Assembly: GCA_026023565.1 (NCBI GenBank)
Contig: JAPETS010000029.1
Location: forward strand, 124,001 to 188,000
Length of the DNA stretch: 64,000 bases
Direction of reading: 5' to 3'
Source: Cirrosporium novae-zelandiae
Taxonomy: Eukaryota
A program made the position numbers and the translations under genes. The notes beneath the pieces were generated by a model. That model saw only the letters and a list, made by a program, of their open reading frames with translations, did no database searches and was not told the DNA's origin. Positions 62,866-64,000 of this stretch are shown piece by piece; position 1 is the first letter of the stretch; each line of letters opens with the position of its first letter.

Positions 62866-64000
62866 AACGAGCAACAGAAATCCGGTCAACCAAAACCTTA
62901 GTGAAAGCCTACATCATCTTCATCACCGGTGGCTAGAGAGCAGGATCTTGTATAATTGAAAACTAGCGAACAGCGAAAGCACAGACACTATAACATTAGG
63001 CATACTAATGCTTCACCCGTGTGCTAAATCATAGTAATACAAGCGACATAGCTACTGTAACCACAGCAAGGAAGAGAAGGCTAGCGAAATATAATGTCAC
63101 AAAATTACAGAGTGAGCATCCTTTGGCTATGTTGTTTGATTCTTCCTCTTTATTCTAGAATCCAGTTGCTTTTTTAGAAAACAGGGACATTGTTTTCATG
63201 TTACGCTAATTAAACAATACAAGTACTCTTGATTACCTGGGTGCTTATAAATCGCCTATAGATTTGTCCATGTTTAAGTTGGTGATAGGATAGTGGTAAT
63301 TGCTTCGTGGACTTTGACACCATTGGTTGAAAACGCCAAGGCAGTCTTATATATACATAGGTCTCCAATCCAGTTCATTTTATCTATCCATCACAAGTTA
63401 ATTCCACTCGGAGTTTATTCACTTCCTCATTGATTTTTCATTTTGTGATTGATAAAGTAGTAGCTTGCATTCAAGCATAAAATCCTACATATGTTATGCA
63501 TTATGACCCGTTTATTCATTCTTAGAACCTCTCTTCTTCCATTTAAAAAAAACAGAGGGACTGCTCTTCTTCTTCTTCTTCTTTTTTCCCCCACCATCTT
63601 CTCCTCTTTGATATTTGTGCTATATACAACACATCCTCCCTCTCTCTATATATATTATCCCTCACTCTACGTATGTAGAGCCCTCCCAAACGAAAACATC
63701 TACAAAATCCATCCGTGTACTGAGACCACCACGCGCCCAAATAACAGAGAAGAGCACTTCAAGGTAGTAAGAGGTATTACGCCACCACTACTCCACCTTT
63801 CCCTATCTATCTATTCATCCACTCATCCATCTTTACTGGATTTGCAAATGCTTTTGTTACTGTATACCAGCCTAGAAATCTCTAGAAGCCAGTAAGAGTT
63901 CCCTCCCTTCACCTTCCTGCCCCTCGTTTCGACCCTTGAATCCCGAAGGCAAAGTTTTGACAAACTATGGTCATATCCAACACTAGTACTCGAGGATGGA

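Noticed and set aside
1..64000. Secondary-metabolite cluster suggested by three MFS pumps
   Set aside because: No PKS, NRPS, terpene cyclase or tailoring enzymes, and the transporters are dispersed among housekeeping genes.

Overview
This window is eukaryotic DNA from a filamentous ascomycete (Pezizomycotina). The short GT-AG introns with CTAAC/CTGAC-like branch points and the fungal gene families show this. About 20 intron-containing genes were rebuilt by hand. Conserved genes: MADS-box factor RlmA, palmitoyltransferase Pfa4, a MutL-family ATPase, polo kinase, OPA3-like protein, Rrp7, ribosomal protein eS19, an alpha/beta-hydrolase/DUSP11-type phosphatase fusion, an ERCC6L2-type SNF2 ATPase, three MFS transporters, a DUF1593 protein and a Ser/Thr kinase. 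An accessory-looking block (~36.6-52.6 kb) holds a HET-domain gene, a frameshifted SRPK-like kinase, an F-box-like multi-exon gene, three stop-riddled gene relics (two are paralogous) and a four-exon secreted Cys-rich protein built from phase-1 modular exons that the ORF track largely misses. No tRNA, rRNA, CRISPR or intact transposon was recognised. All family calls come from motifs read by eye, not from database searches.
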